Origin: Bigelowiella natans CCMP2755
Lineage: Eukaryota; Protista; Cercozoa
Direction of reading: 5' to 3'
NCBI GenBank assembly: GCA_000320545.1
Contig: ADNK01002618.1
Coordinates: forward strand, 62,001 to 126,000
DNA length: 64,000 nt
Both the position numbers and the translations under genes were made by a program. The notes below the pieces were generated by a model that was not told where the DNA came from, searched no databases, and saw only the letters and a program-made list of their open reading frames with translations. Of this stretch, positions 14,129-28,202 are shown piece after piece; position 1 is the first letter of the stretch, and each line of letters opens with the position of its first letter.

Positions 14129-14789
14129 GTAGGAGATGTGACGGAATGAAAAAAAGCACATCCGTCGCACAGTATGGATCGATGTGATGCCTGCATTATT
14201 TTGGCATTAGTATTAATTTACACGGTGTATGGTCATATGTCATGCTATGCTATGTACGTAGCCTCTTAGCTTACGTAGATTTCTGTTGCGCCGCCTTGTG
14301 CATAGCAACGTGCGCCGCGCACAATGCAATGCGACGAATTGCATTTGAATTTCTGATAATGTGGTGACGCGATGCACATGCAACGCTCTAGCACTAGAAC
14401 ACTAGGCAATCTAGCAATCTGTATGCTGTGACTGTTGTGTGTGGATGCATGCGAATCGGATGCACACGTACGAGCTCATTCATCGGTTGCGGCTTGCTTG
14501 GCCGCCGCCGCGCAAGATCCAGCATCATGTGCTAGAAAATCATTACTAGATCAGGAATGCTCGGCCAGAGATCAAGCATTGTTGCTTGAGGATCAATGAC
14601 TAGATCGTCTGCTCAAAGTAAGATCACGTGCTCTAATAGTTCTGAGTTGGTTGCTCATGTTGTTCCATCCAATGGCCATCGCTACCTGCAAGGATTTCGA
14701 TTCCTCATTCAAATGGTCATCGCTCTTGATTATTGACATCCAATATCATCATAATCACACCACCTCTTGTCAGATGTTATCGATCATCT

Positions 14790-16094
14790 ACTCCGATCCA
14801 AAATTAGCCAGACCATCTTTTCCCTCATAATCTTCTGCCTCTGCAGCGTCATCGTCAACCTTGTTCTCATTCTTTGCGTCAAAACCTGGTCGAAGTAGTA
14901 CTCATCAGGAACGCACATCAACACATCGCAAGACAAGCTAAGATGACGAGAGGATAGAGATGGTTTATTATCATCGCATCTTCGTCGGTGGCATCACCAC
15001 CACTACCATCATCACCATCATCATCATGCTCTTCTTCTGCTTCTTCTTCTTCTTCTTCTTCTTCTCCTTGTGATCATTAGTGGCGAATACTTATGCGTGA
15101 AAACTGCACGTGCTCGGTTGTGTCCCCGAGCCTCCTCCTCTTGCTATAACAGTAGAAAGATGCTGCCAGCCCTTTGTGATTATTCGATAAGTGTGCTTCT
15201 TAACCGTAAGCATATTTGATAGTGCTGCCATCATTGGAATGCGCTCTCATCATCAGCCTTGTCTACTATCTACGATTCACCTGAGATCAAAGCGAAGCTT
15301 CCGATAACCATCACAGCTGTCGAGATGGGCGATATTCCTACAGGATGATGATGATAGTTGTCTCGAGTGTGAGCCTTTCTTCACGCATATACAATTGTAT
15401 TTAGACATTTAGACTATATATATATATATATATATTATGGAGAGAGAGAGAGAGAATCTCCTGCATATATACATCTGTACGTTGAAGTAATTTGTCATAT
15501 CTGATATACATTATATGAGGTACATAGGAAGTATTGGCAAGCTTGCTGTATCGAAGCTCGCAACAATTTACATGGATGAAGAAGTGGAAGATGATGATGA
15601 TGATGATGATGATTAAGAATTTAGTAATGATGAGAGAACATTTATTGTGAAACAATGTAATATTTGCGGCGTAATATACCAGATGTAGCCTTCTTTGAAG
15701 GTTTTGATGCCTCTAAGGATGGTGATATAGGAATGCGTGATTTAGAGGAGAGGAGGTTGAGTAGGAGGAGGAGGACGGGGGGGGGGGGGGAAGCATCGAG
15801 AATGAAGAGTCATATAATAGAATGAGAGCAATTTGAAGTTAATGACGAGCTTGCATTCATTTAATATTATAGTAACCCGATTTTAGGGAAGGTGGCATGA
15901 TGACGCATTAAATTTTTGCATAAATATTTACGCCAGGATGTTGGTGAATTTCACTACCATTCGAGCGATGTGGATCATCATCATCGTCATTATCACCATC
16001 ACCATCTTTGCACTCATCATCCTTTAGACGTTTGCTGCAGTCTTCATCGAAGGATTTCAGAATATCTTACACATCAGCAAGGGAGAAGGAGAAG

Positions 16095-16142
<48 letters not shown>

Positions 16143-16990
16143 GGAGGGAGATGGAAAGTAAATAGGAGGTCTCTAATGGCATAAGTAGCTCCTATAGACA
16201 ATACAATGAAGAGAGAGGGGAAGATTCATTTCAGCGCTACTACATACAGAATAAACGTGCTGCTTCTCTAAGTTACAATGTAGTGTCGTTCATTGACTCA
16301 TTTATTCATTGATTCACGCATTCATCCTCCTCTTCCTCCGTTTTTATTCTACAACTACAACTACAACAACAACAACAACTACTACTACTACTACTACTAC
16401 ACAAAACAATGGGATGTGCCCGATTTCCATTGTTTATAATTAGCGTTATCATTATCACCAACAACAACATCACCACGACTAACGTCACTACATGAGTCAT
16501 CATAGCAGTATTATAGCCACCAGCACCACCAGCAGCATCACCTTGAAGCTCCTTGGCCTGAGAAGTTGTCATACGATTGTGACTGATATCAAGGAGCACC
16601 TCACCTGCGAACAACAAACCACTGATCATGATTTTCATTAAAAATATAATAATAATAATAATCATCATCATCATCATCATTATCTCATCAATCCCTCCTC
16701 CCCCTCCACCACCACCTCCTCCTCCTTATTATTATTATTTATTATCATTCTTATTATCAATAATAATAATAATAATAATCCTCTTGTTTTCGTGTTTACG
16801 TTGAGCACATTTCTTGGCACAGTCTGATGCTTCCTGCTTGGTTCTACCTATTATCCCAATGTATATCACACATCGCACAATAATGTACTTCTACCTATTA
16901 TTCCCAACACATATCACACATCGCACAGTAATGTAAATGCAACGCTGTACAGTTATATACCCATATTGCAAATATGTATATAAAAATATA

Positions 16991-17032
<42 letters not shown>

Positions 17033-17379
17033 GTAGCTGTGCGTGTGTCCCATTAGTATGTATCATCCTTTCCCCCCCCCTCCCCTCCTCCTCCTCCTCC
17101 TCCTCCTCCTCCTCATCCCCCTCTCCCCCCTCCTCCTTTCCATCATCATCACCATTATCATTATCACAATCTTAACCATCATCATCATAATCTTTTCATG
17201 TGTCGGGTGCCTGATTCTTCTTCTTACTATTTTCACATATCTTTGTGCATTTCCTTACAATCGTTGCACCTGCAAGTAGTGAGATGATAGTACTTGAATT
17301 ATCCTATGCACCTATCCCTTCCCCCCTCCTCTCCCCTATCTTTATATTACACCATGTATGCTTTTACACATCGTATACT

Positions 17380-17410
<31 letters not shown>

Positions 17411-17441
17411 ATACACATACACATACACAATATAATAAGAA

Positions 17442-17479
<38 letters not shown>

Positions 17480-18223
17480 AATCTGAATGAGTACATTTCT
17501 CATCCCGTCGACATCTCTCGACGCTCGGATCGCATCTAATTCACGTGAGGAGGAGGGGAACATGTCTCAGCAATGGCTGCTGTACCCGTGCAAGTAAAAA
17601 ATACCACGACATAAATCAACAACAAAAGCATGGGGGAAATACTGCTATTCGATATGAGAATGCATTTGGAATCTCTCGAATGTCAAACGGCCCGGCGAGG
17701 GACCGAACCTTTGTTCGGTATTAAGAAACGCATTTTAGTCACAAATATACTGTAAGTACCTTTGCCTAGCACAGGATGCCCTGCTGCTGAAGGTGCGGTA
17801 CGACTTCGTTTCTAGCATTAGCATGGTGCTCTTGAAAAGCAAACCGGGCAAAAACGGAGACGTAAGTCAGCAGTTGTGTCGCTGTATACATATGGCCATG
17901 GACAAGTTGTCGCGCTTCTTCCATTCTTTGGTCAAGCGGAAGTTTATACGCACATGCATATGTTTAGATATGCTCATTTTCGCGCTGCAACTATCGTAGA
18001 GTGCTTGGTACATCATGGATGAACATCGCTTTGAACTCTCCACAAGATTCTGTTTCGTTGCGTTGAAAATCCTCGATGCTGTGTTTACGAAACAATATAA
18101 GAAGAACAATCTTTGCTCGCTGCCATATTGGATGATGTCATACTCCGACGCACGCACACATACACTCATACGACCCACGCTAAAACAGCAGCGGCAAAAT
18201 TAGTTCATAAGTGTGTATGTGTT

Positions 18224-18263
<40 letters not shown>

Positions 18264-19364
18264 TGTGTGTTTTTTTTTTTTTTTTTTGGTGTTCTTACTC
18301 CGTGAGCAAGCGTAGCACCGCGCCATTGCATTCCTACATTGAAGCCAACCATGCGCGCGCGCGCACACACACACTCTTCATCGAAGCAGCAGTAACAGCA
18401 ATAAAACACCACCTCTCTTTGGCGACTGGACATCATATATTGCTTCACAGCTTCTACTCTCCGACTGCACTGGCGTCCTGTAGTACTCTAAGATGGTGTG
18501 TGAAGAATGTTCCGAGCATCGATGCAGTGGCATAGGCATAGCAGTGCAAAAGTGGCAATTAGAAGTGCTTCTTATGATACCATTCCATCCACAGAAGCTA
18601 TAGCTGTTCGCAAGACGAGAATACATTTGTCATCCAAGTGCCTAACATTTTACGTCTGCTTACATTTGATGATGCAGCACCGTATAAATCTTATCGCTAT
18701 TATTGCTATCACCATTTTTTGGTGATAGGTTTTACCTCCAGACCATTCACTTATTTTTTTCAAAATCATGCACTTTCCTACTTGCTGCATCGCTTCTTTA
18801 CACATTGAGACAAGTTGAGCAGCACGATTGCGGAATCATATGTCTTGAAAGGATCCTCTCTAACAAAAGCAACCCATGGAACATTAGACCTCCCTCGGCA
18901 TGCCTCCCATCTAGCCCCACCCACAAACTCTCATAATCAAGAAGAATTTCTTATATGGGATCATTTATAAAGAGATACGCATCTTCCATGTTTCCATGTA
19001 TTACAGGTAATGTGTTCTGTTGCTGCACATTGACGGTTGATACGATGGGTCTTCACGTATCTCTCCGGTTCTTGAGCAGAAAAGGAGCGACAGACATTTC
19101 GGAACTTTCTCGCACGCAATATACTCCTTATCGCATTGGTTCGCACAGTCACTGCTCCCCCGTAAGCCTTTTCATGCAATTATGCATTTTGTTTTTCGTA
19201 GAAGTTGTGGGAGGTGTGGAGAAAGGGGAACAGAGAAAATGATGCAGGAACGCAATTGCGACCTTGGCCGTTGCAGAGAATACTTGGTCCAGTCAATGCG
19301 ACGACAAACACTACACGCAAGGTAAAAGCCATGAAGGAGGAGGAGGAGAAGGCTGGCAACGACA
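14790..19364 (-). CDS. Hypothetical multi-exon gene (possibly two genes) with signal peptide and Cys-rich N-terminal exon
   Basis: Leader MSLPAFSSSSFMAFTLRVVFVVALTGPSILCNGQ is followed by a GT donor. Exon GLRGSSDCANQCDKEYIACEKVPKCLSLLFC. Further AG/GT-bounded mini-exons (VHRIIQVLSSHYLQ, GEVLLDISHNRMTTSQAKELQ, GFDAKNENKVDDD...*). The model is not fully resolved. Confidence 0.4.
16842..16936. repeat. Intronic tandem duplication, 47/48 bp x2
   Basis: TTCTACCTATTA-TCCCAATGTATATCACACATCGCACAATAATGTAC followed by TTCTACCTATTATTCCCAACACATATCACACATCGCACAGTAATGTAA. Confidence 0.9.
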
Positions 19365-19901
19365 TGGATACTTCAACGGAAATGGAGAGATGGGGTAGGG
19401 ACAAGGAGATTTCCTGATTTCCTGGATTTAGCAATCTACAAAATACCAAAGATAGAGGAATTGGCTTGATTTTATCCACTGCGACAATTATTTGAGAGAC
19501 GATTCAGGGGAAAACGACATGATTTCTTAAAGGTTTTTTTTACCACGCGACGCGCACGAGCACGCAAGCGACTGCTCCTCTCAAGAGAGCAATACATAGC
19601 AGAAAGGAAGCCCAAAAATCACCTAAAATAATCGCCACAGCAGAAACTGATGCCCGCCAAAAATGCAAATCTGGGCCGTACTGTTTCTCACAAAAGAGCT
19701 TGTCGCATAGGACGAATCATCATTGTTTCGCCACTGTGATAGAAGCACCTTAGAAAGACCGGCATTTTAGACCAATTTAGCAAAGAAACGTCCTACGATT
19801 CGGTACCTGTATCTTGGATGATAATACCAGAAGAGTACGATCGATTTTTGAATTTATCTTTAAATCGTCATTATTTTTCTAACTGCGGCAACATTGTTGT
19901 C

Positions 19902-22179
19902 ATGTCGCAAAGTGTAAATTCAACGGAACGCACGAAAACTTGTTCGTTCGGGTAAAGAGCCCTCCTCTTGTGAGCAATGGCTTCATCCTTTCCCTATGCC
20001 ACACGGAAAATATTTGCTATAAGAGATTTTCGGAGAATGTAGTCTAAAAAATATCGTTAGCAAGTTAGGAGAAACAGGGTAAACAGCATGGGATTCGACT
20101 GTTTGTGCTTTAGTTTTATGCGACATCGAGTTGGAACAGTTCGATGCCTACGCCTGCATCCATTCACTCGATGCAGATTATATTGGCTAGATTTCTCTCG
20201 CATTAACATCCAATTTTACAGTCAAAGACACGAGAACACTTCGAACTTGCTATTTCCATCTCACTCTCCGTTACAATAAACTCTCCTGCAAAGGAAGAAA
20301 CTAAGTCGACAAAATAGAATCAATATGACATTCGTGGTAATTTAATATACCGTTGTTTCGTCGTTGTTGTTATGACTATATAGGTACCCTCAGACGTATT
20401 GGTAGTTTCCGACCACTACTTTCACTTCTTTGAGCGATAGCATCTCAAAAAAATTCGGGCGTTTGTTTACATCTTCGCTGCATATTTCTCGCTTCGATCC
20501 CTTCTTTGAGCTGCCAGCAATTATGTTGATGGCCACAAGGACCTATATCCGACCGCCACCTCGTGTAATCGAATATGCCCTCTCTCTTGAGGGGGGGGTG
20601 GTAGACGATTTGTATCCGAAAAGCGCTGACAAGACACAGAAACGAGTGGTCTTTCAGCATGGACAGGACCCTATGCGACTTAAAGTCTTACGGAATATAG
20701 AGGTGGCCCTGTTCTCTGACTGTGAGAGTGAGTGAGTAAGAAAGCGAATGAATGCGTTTGCCGCTTTGAAGGAAGAAGGCCGAGCGTTTATTGAGATTTG
20801 GCACGCACACCTCACCTACATCTATTTTAGGATGTAATAAAAGGAATCGATTACGAGACGATTCGAAGAGCTCTGCAAGCTGCGGATACTTCTCTACTAC
20901 AGCAGCTCTCTGCAGCACTTCTCGGTGGTTACTGCCTCCTTCTTCCATGCAATTAAGCAATAGCTTTTATGCTTGACAATGTTTCTCGTTCACCCTTCTT
21001 CCCTGAATATGAGAGAAGAGAGGCGAAGAAGGGGGTGGGGTAACGCATTATTCGCACGGCATTATTCGACTAGAAAGTGTAAATTATGATTATCATGTTT
21101 GTGTTGCGCAAAGACGATGGAGAGACATATCTGACGACTGCTGTGAATGAAGGGGATATGGTAATCGTGAAACTGCTGCTGCTGCTGCTGTGCTAGAGAA
21201 TAGGGACATTAACCATTCATAATGGCACCTGTCCAACAAATGACTGCTGGCTCTTTGCCATAAAGAAATAAGAGCTTTGATTGACAGGAATAACCATCGA
21301 ATCCATAGCATCCGTAATAGTCATCCAACAAATGACTGATATCTACTACTGCCTACTCAGGAAAAAGTAGCAATACTGAGTGACTTTCTCGACGTTTGCT
21401 CTTCAAACTGCGCAGGAGAAACTCCAGTTTATAAGGTGAGGGGAGGCGGCACAGACAACACCTTTCGTTTTAACTTCCCGCCCTTCCTCTTGCTGCGACA
21501 TTGACAGCTTCTTCCTTAGGCCTGTCTTAGAAATGACTGGGATTTGGTTACGTATCTTACTAAGCAAGCTCCAAAGGCACTGAACGCAAAGTGCCTCTTG
21601 GGTTTCACACCGTTGATGGAGGCTGCTCATTCCGGTGATAATGAGAGATTAATGACGCAGCTAAAATATTGCTGTGAGGGAGGAGGGGGGGGCGCACGGT
21701 GCAACCAAAATGGTTCCGCAGAGTTTCACTGGATGCAAGCGCAGTAGGTGTATGTAGCAGCACAGCAATGAACGATGGGATGATGATGATGATGGTGATG
21801 ATGATGGTGATGATGATGATTTGGGGTACAACTGCCTGTGAAAAGGATGAGGCGTCATCGAACCATCGGTTGTTGTAGCAGAGTGGCAGTGTAAATTACC
21901 CTCATTGCGTTCGTGTGTTGTGTGCGTTGTGTTGGTCTAGGACGCGAGGATGCGGTGGATATAATGTTAAGACATGGTGCGATGACGCATATAGCGGACC
22001 ATCACAGTAAAACTGCTTTCTCATGGGCCGGTAATGACTAAAAGATAGCATAATCAAGGGCAGGAGGAGATAGCTCTCGATATTCTCTAGAATTATCATT
22101 ACTGTTAGTTTATTCATCGTCATAGAAAGCTCCAAGTATAATGACATCGCACACACACACACACACACATATTTATATA

Positions 22180-22246
<67 letters not shown>

Positions 22247-23182
22247 TGTGTATTTTGTGTATGTCGTACTGCTTCTTATCCGACACAGCTTCAGAGGCGT
22301 ACGATAAGACGCTCGCAAGGCTGATAGAAGGGAGCTGCAGTCAATTTGCTGGTGAGGGGCTGACACGTCATTGGATCGCCATTATGGACTTCGAGGAGGA
22401 GCTCTCTCGACACGACAGCAGCAACCGTAGCAGAGGGTAGTAGCTAGGCCTCCTCCTCCTCCTCCTCCTCCTCCTCCTCCTCCTGTCCACTAATTACAGC
22501 AGCGAATGACGTAGTCGTTCGATTGGATGAGTGCATGGATGATTGAATGAAGGAATGCATGAATGAATATATGATTGAGGGAGGCGTGGATGGATACAAG
22601 TGAATGTATCGATAAATCGATGATGCGCGAGAATGCAGCAAGAAACACACTAACAGCATACCCCTCTCTACAACATGACCAACGTACACAGCCCCCTCCC
22701 CCGGATATGGCCGGAGCTTCGCGAGTCCAAGGTCATCCCATCCCCTCCCGGCGATGTCATGATTCCGTTCAATGAATTTCCAAGGCTGGTGGGCGCGTTA
22801 GAGAGAGGGGTCCACACTCTCCGGGGGAACCGCAAAGCCGCCCTATCGAAGGCCTTCCAAGAATCAAATGTGCCTCGGGGACTCTCCTGCACCGCACTCT
22901 TCTCCGTCATTGCTGAGTGAGTAAAGTCTTGCAACGACAAGAGATAATGGATGTATGTGGATGTGTAGTTTTTGGGTTGGGAGGTCTGGAGAGGCGGTTG
23001 GTAAATCAAGTTGTCGGTTAGTATGCTACATATAAATAATAAGGAGGGCCGATGAGAATCTCTTCTTTATTTACATTCCACCTTCTCATGTTATCTTCAG
23101 ATATTTGTGTCCAAGCCTAGCAATCTCCACGCTGTATGTACCGGTGAAACTGGCAGGATCGAAGAGCAGCGTCTGTCTATGA
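19902..23182 (+). CDS. Ankyrin-repeat protein, multi-exon (5' end approximate)
   Basis: Spliced reading GETPVYK-ACLRNDWDLVTYLTKQAPKALNAKCLLGFTPLMEAAHSG-REDAVDIMLRHGAMTHIADHH fits two ankyrin repeats. Last exon ends SVCL*. Confidence 0.7.
22182..22243. repeat. (AT)n microsatellite in an intron, one of many intact intronic (AT)n arrays (others near 7285, 10947, 13021, 13686, 50324, 52889, 53391, 62262)
   Basis: About 31 perfect AT units. Confidence 0.95.
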
Positions 23183-24566
23183 TGATGCGTCATTGAGTTG
23201 AGTAGTCATCATCACCATCACCATCGTCGTCGTTAGATGGGTAGATATATCGACAGGAAAAATAGTAGTGATAGCAGTAGTAGCGGCAGTCTGTAAAAAT
23301 TGTATAGTTGGAGGAAATAGTTACTAGTAGTTATGTCTATAGAATGCGTATCGGCCTGAAGCCAAAGGCTGATGGTGCGCTCTGAAACGGGCGTTGTCGG
23401 TATTCTTATTCTCACGAGCAAAACACTGAAAGAAAAAGTAGGTAAATCGAAGTGCCCGGCCGTGGTAGGCTCTATATGAATAAAAAATAGTGAAAACAAC
23501 AGTACAGCATCTTTGAGCGGTACCATTCCTTGTACATAAATCGTATGCACTGCCGAAGCCAAGAACTTATAAGAGGCGCGATGTTCAAAACAGCTACATC
23601 ATGGATTGTCTAGAAAGCCTGGCTGGTTGTGCAACTAGCAATTTATTCTTATCCTTGCGTTCACATTGACATGCCTAATGCCTCTACATGGAGGCCTAGG
23701 GCAGTTATTAGGGAAACTGTGCAGTGCATTTTGGCATCTGTCTATCTCCCTTCACAGTTATGCGTCTCCTGAAATGTGAGACGGATGTAATCGTGAAAAC
23801 ATGAACCCAACCATCATGCATTTGACTTGCGTTCTCACTGTATTGAAGTGATTAAATCTTTTCAATAGTATAAGAATATATATCTCTACATCGCATCACA
23901 CAGTGCTAATGCATGGGACAAACAACCAGTACGTCTACTACGTCTACCACTATCACGCTGCCCCGCATGGCCACACACATCAGCAACACAATTAATATAT
24001 AGCTAGATAGGTGCGTGCTAATAAATAAGTGCACCGCGCACGCGCAGTTGCACACATCTCTAGATCTCTAGATCTAGACACAATAATAAACACGTGTAGT
24101 GAATGTCGATTCACATAGTAGTCCCGATCGACATGCCATGGCGGAATGAGTTGAATGCGTGAAATGACCAAAATATTCTCAGTATTCAAAGCGAAATGTG
24201 GCATCTTGCTTCACATGGTGCGATGCGCATCGGCAGCGCAGACTCATGTCTTATAGTCTAGATGTGCCCAGATGCTCACAGCTAGCACTAGAGCATCCAA
24301 TATGATCATGCAAAACAAGAACGCACCACATCCTGTCGCTGGAAATGCAGTGCACAGTCACTAGTATACATGCATCGTATAATTTTCGTGGGTTCATATG
24401 GTAATCATATTATGAAAATTTACAGCTCCTATCAATGTGTACGACATGCATATGTGCACACAAATGTAATACGTGTACAAATGAGCTCGTAGACATATTC
24501 AGTGCAGGGATTGACACATTAATTCATCGGCGGATTGATCTAGGCATGTCAATAGGTCCAACCTTT

Positions 24567-25627
<1,061 letters not shown>

Positions 25628-25756
25628 GGGTTGTTGTGGTTGTTGTTAGACTAATACCGAGGTGAGAGGACGACAGGCAACACACGGCAACAACAAATTA
25701 AAAATAAATTTCATTACATGTTTTCTCGATTAATTCATCACAGTTTTTGGTTGCTA

Positions 25757-26661
25757 ATTGGGATGCGACCTCATCCTCTGCTTCAGCCCATCACATTGGT
25801 GCTCTCCGTCGTCTTGCAACGTTTTTGGAAACGTGGTTTTTGTTCATCGTCTTTGTCAAAACTCTCTTTCTTGATGGAACGTCGAACGAACACAAATCTT
25901 GAACCTTGAGTGCACACTGTGCACACGCGGTGTCCGTGGCTGAGTCTCAAGTTTGGCCGCAAACTGATCTCGGGTTCAGTTGAGTGCGCGCGTGTCCAGA
26001 CGTGCGTCCTTCTGACGTGCATGCACCGTCCACGTGCGCTGTTGACATCGGCCCTCGCTCCTGTTGGGGCTTGTGTGGACGCCCGACCCTGTTGAACAAG
26101 CTCATTTGCACTGGTGTTCAACACCAATGCCCTTCAATCGCATCACTTTTCACGTGCACGAAAACCTGTGCAGGAGACGAGTTGTGGGAGCTGACCGTTC
26201 GTGGCGTGTGCACGTGCGCGTGGGCTTGCTAGCTTGATCCCAACTGCAGCCACAAACACGCTCCGCACGTGCACCACACTCACACGCGCTGCTGCCCCTT
26301 TTGCAGTGTCTGTCCTGCTGACCACGTGCGGTGCTTGCTGTCACTTCCAGACTTTTCGTGACAGCAACTTTGAACGAACCATCTGTACCTTTCAGCGGTC
26401 GCAAAGCTAGCAAGAGGGCTTGGGCACTCACTAGCTCAATTGAACACTCTCTGTGCGATCATGTGCTAGTGTGGCACCCGCATCACAAACGATCGACGTG
26501 CGCGCACGCAACACAAGGTTCAAGACCAAAGGCTCAGCAGAGACGAGACCACCGCACAATCATCCCAGCATGGACCGCGAGGGAAAAGCACGTCAGCGAA
26601 CAGCACCAATTGCAATGAATGGCTCTCCATCGCTCCAGCGCTAGGCGACGCTAGCAGCATG
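25757..26661. other. TpA-erased intergenic island (core)
   Basis: 905 bp with 7 TpA (6 CTAG, 1 GTAC) and none in the first 470 bp. Manual count. Confidence 0.85.
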
Positions 26662-26862
26662 GTAGTGGTGGATGCGAGTGCACTTCCTTCACCATGCAAA
26701 AATGAACCAGTCGTGCTCATGTAGCTGGTCCATCATCTAATGGTCTACAAGGTGTCCGATATGTAACAACATGCACGTACATCAACCACTCATTTCACTG
26801 CACAAGATACTTCATGCTTGTTAATGTGCACGAAGATGATGAAGGCATGGACGCCTTCAGAG

Positions 26863-27687
26863 CTATGATTCCGCACCACCATGATTACAATGACTATGAC
26901 TCTCATTTCCTTTCTCTGTAGTCTTGTGCACGTGCGAGCAACCCGCGTGGTCTTCGTGAGAGTGTGAATCACCGATTCTACACTTCACACGACCGCAGTG
27001 AGGATTTGGCCTGCATTGGATGATGAGTAGGTGACTGCATATGGTAAAAATGAAATGATGATGGTGGAATACCTGCTTTCGATCTTTCCGGTTAGCTTTT
27101 CGACCCAATGTTCAACTCCGCTTAATACAACCTCCATTTCTTCGCTGCTACGTTGCTTAACTGTCTCCACCTGCTCGAAATGCCAGACGGACGGATAAAA
27201 CTTTAAGAGCAAGGTGACAAGGTCGAGCATGAAGTCGTTGCGCACTTTTATGCATAAAATACTTGGGAATTCTCTTAGTTTTGTAAAGTCCATATTTTCT
27301 TTTACTTTTTCCCGCAGCCAAATTTAAAAAGAACCCATTAAAAATGTTAGGTCCAAGTTTTTCTTTTAGATACCATCATCAACGCCGTGTTCCAGAAGCA
27401 TGCGAGCGTAGGGAAGGAGGTTATGTATGCCATGCTGATGATAAACACGACGACGAGAATTATCATCATAGCAAATACTTGCTTGTTCTACTCCATCTTC
27501 TTCATCATCGTTATTATCACCACCACCACCACTATAATAATAATAATCCTACCTTAGGGGAATCGCCTCTATGTTCGTTTTTACGCATATGAGCTCGAGC
27601 ACATCTAGCCTGGGGGCACAAAGTACCACTCATACATGTACGTACTACTTTTATGCATGAATAAAATACACACATCGTTTGTGGTGT

Positions 27688-27727
<40 letters not shown>

Positions 27728-28144
27728 TACTTAGGGCTCTTCTTCCGCAAAAGCTCCTGCACCGCTTGCGAAAGTGTGCTATCGTCGTGGAAGAGCTAAA
27801 TGTGAAGAAGTCATAAGTATCAAAACACATCTCGATGCAGTGTAATTTGGCAGCAGACTATGAAGGCATCACGTCCATCAGTGTTATTTTTGAAACTCAA
27901 AATTTAATATTAAATTCATTGATATAGGCGTGATTGCCAAAATTTGTTTTCGCTTTTAGCCTCCAACACCTTCCCTCTTTATTATAGGGGGGGGGAGGGG
28001 GGGAAGAAGAGTGCCCTTGCATACCACGAGCCGTGCACCAGGAGAACGAACTGCCTTCATGGCCGCATCAAGATCTAAATCCTACATAGATGAAAAGAAA
28101 GGAGATAGGGAGAGAAAGAGAGATAGGGAGAGAAAGACAGACAG

Positions 28145-28202
<58 letters not shown>

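Noticed and set aside
26863-27010. His/Cys-rich tail of the phosducin-like gene as a product of Tyr codon conversion
   Set aside because: Several non-CTAG TpA sites persist in this exon, so a genuine metal-binding tail is more likely.
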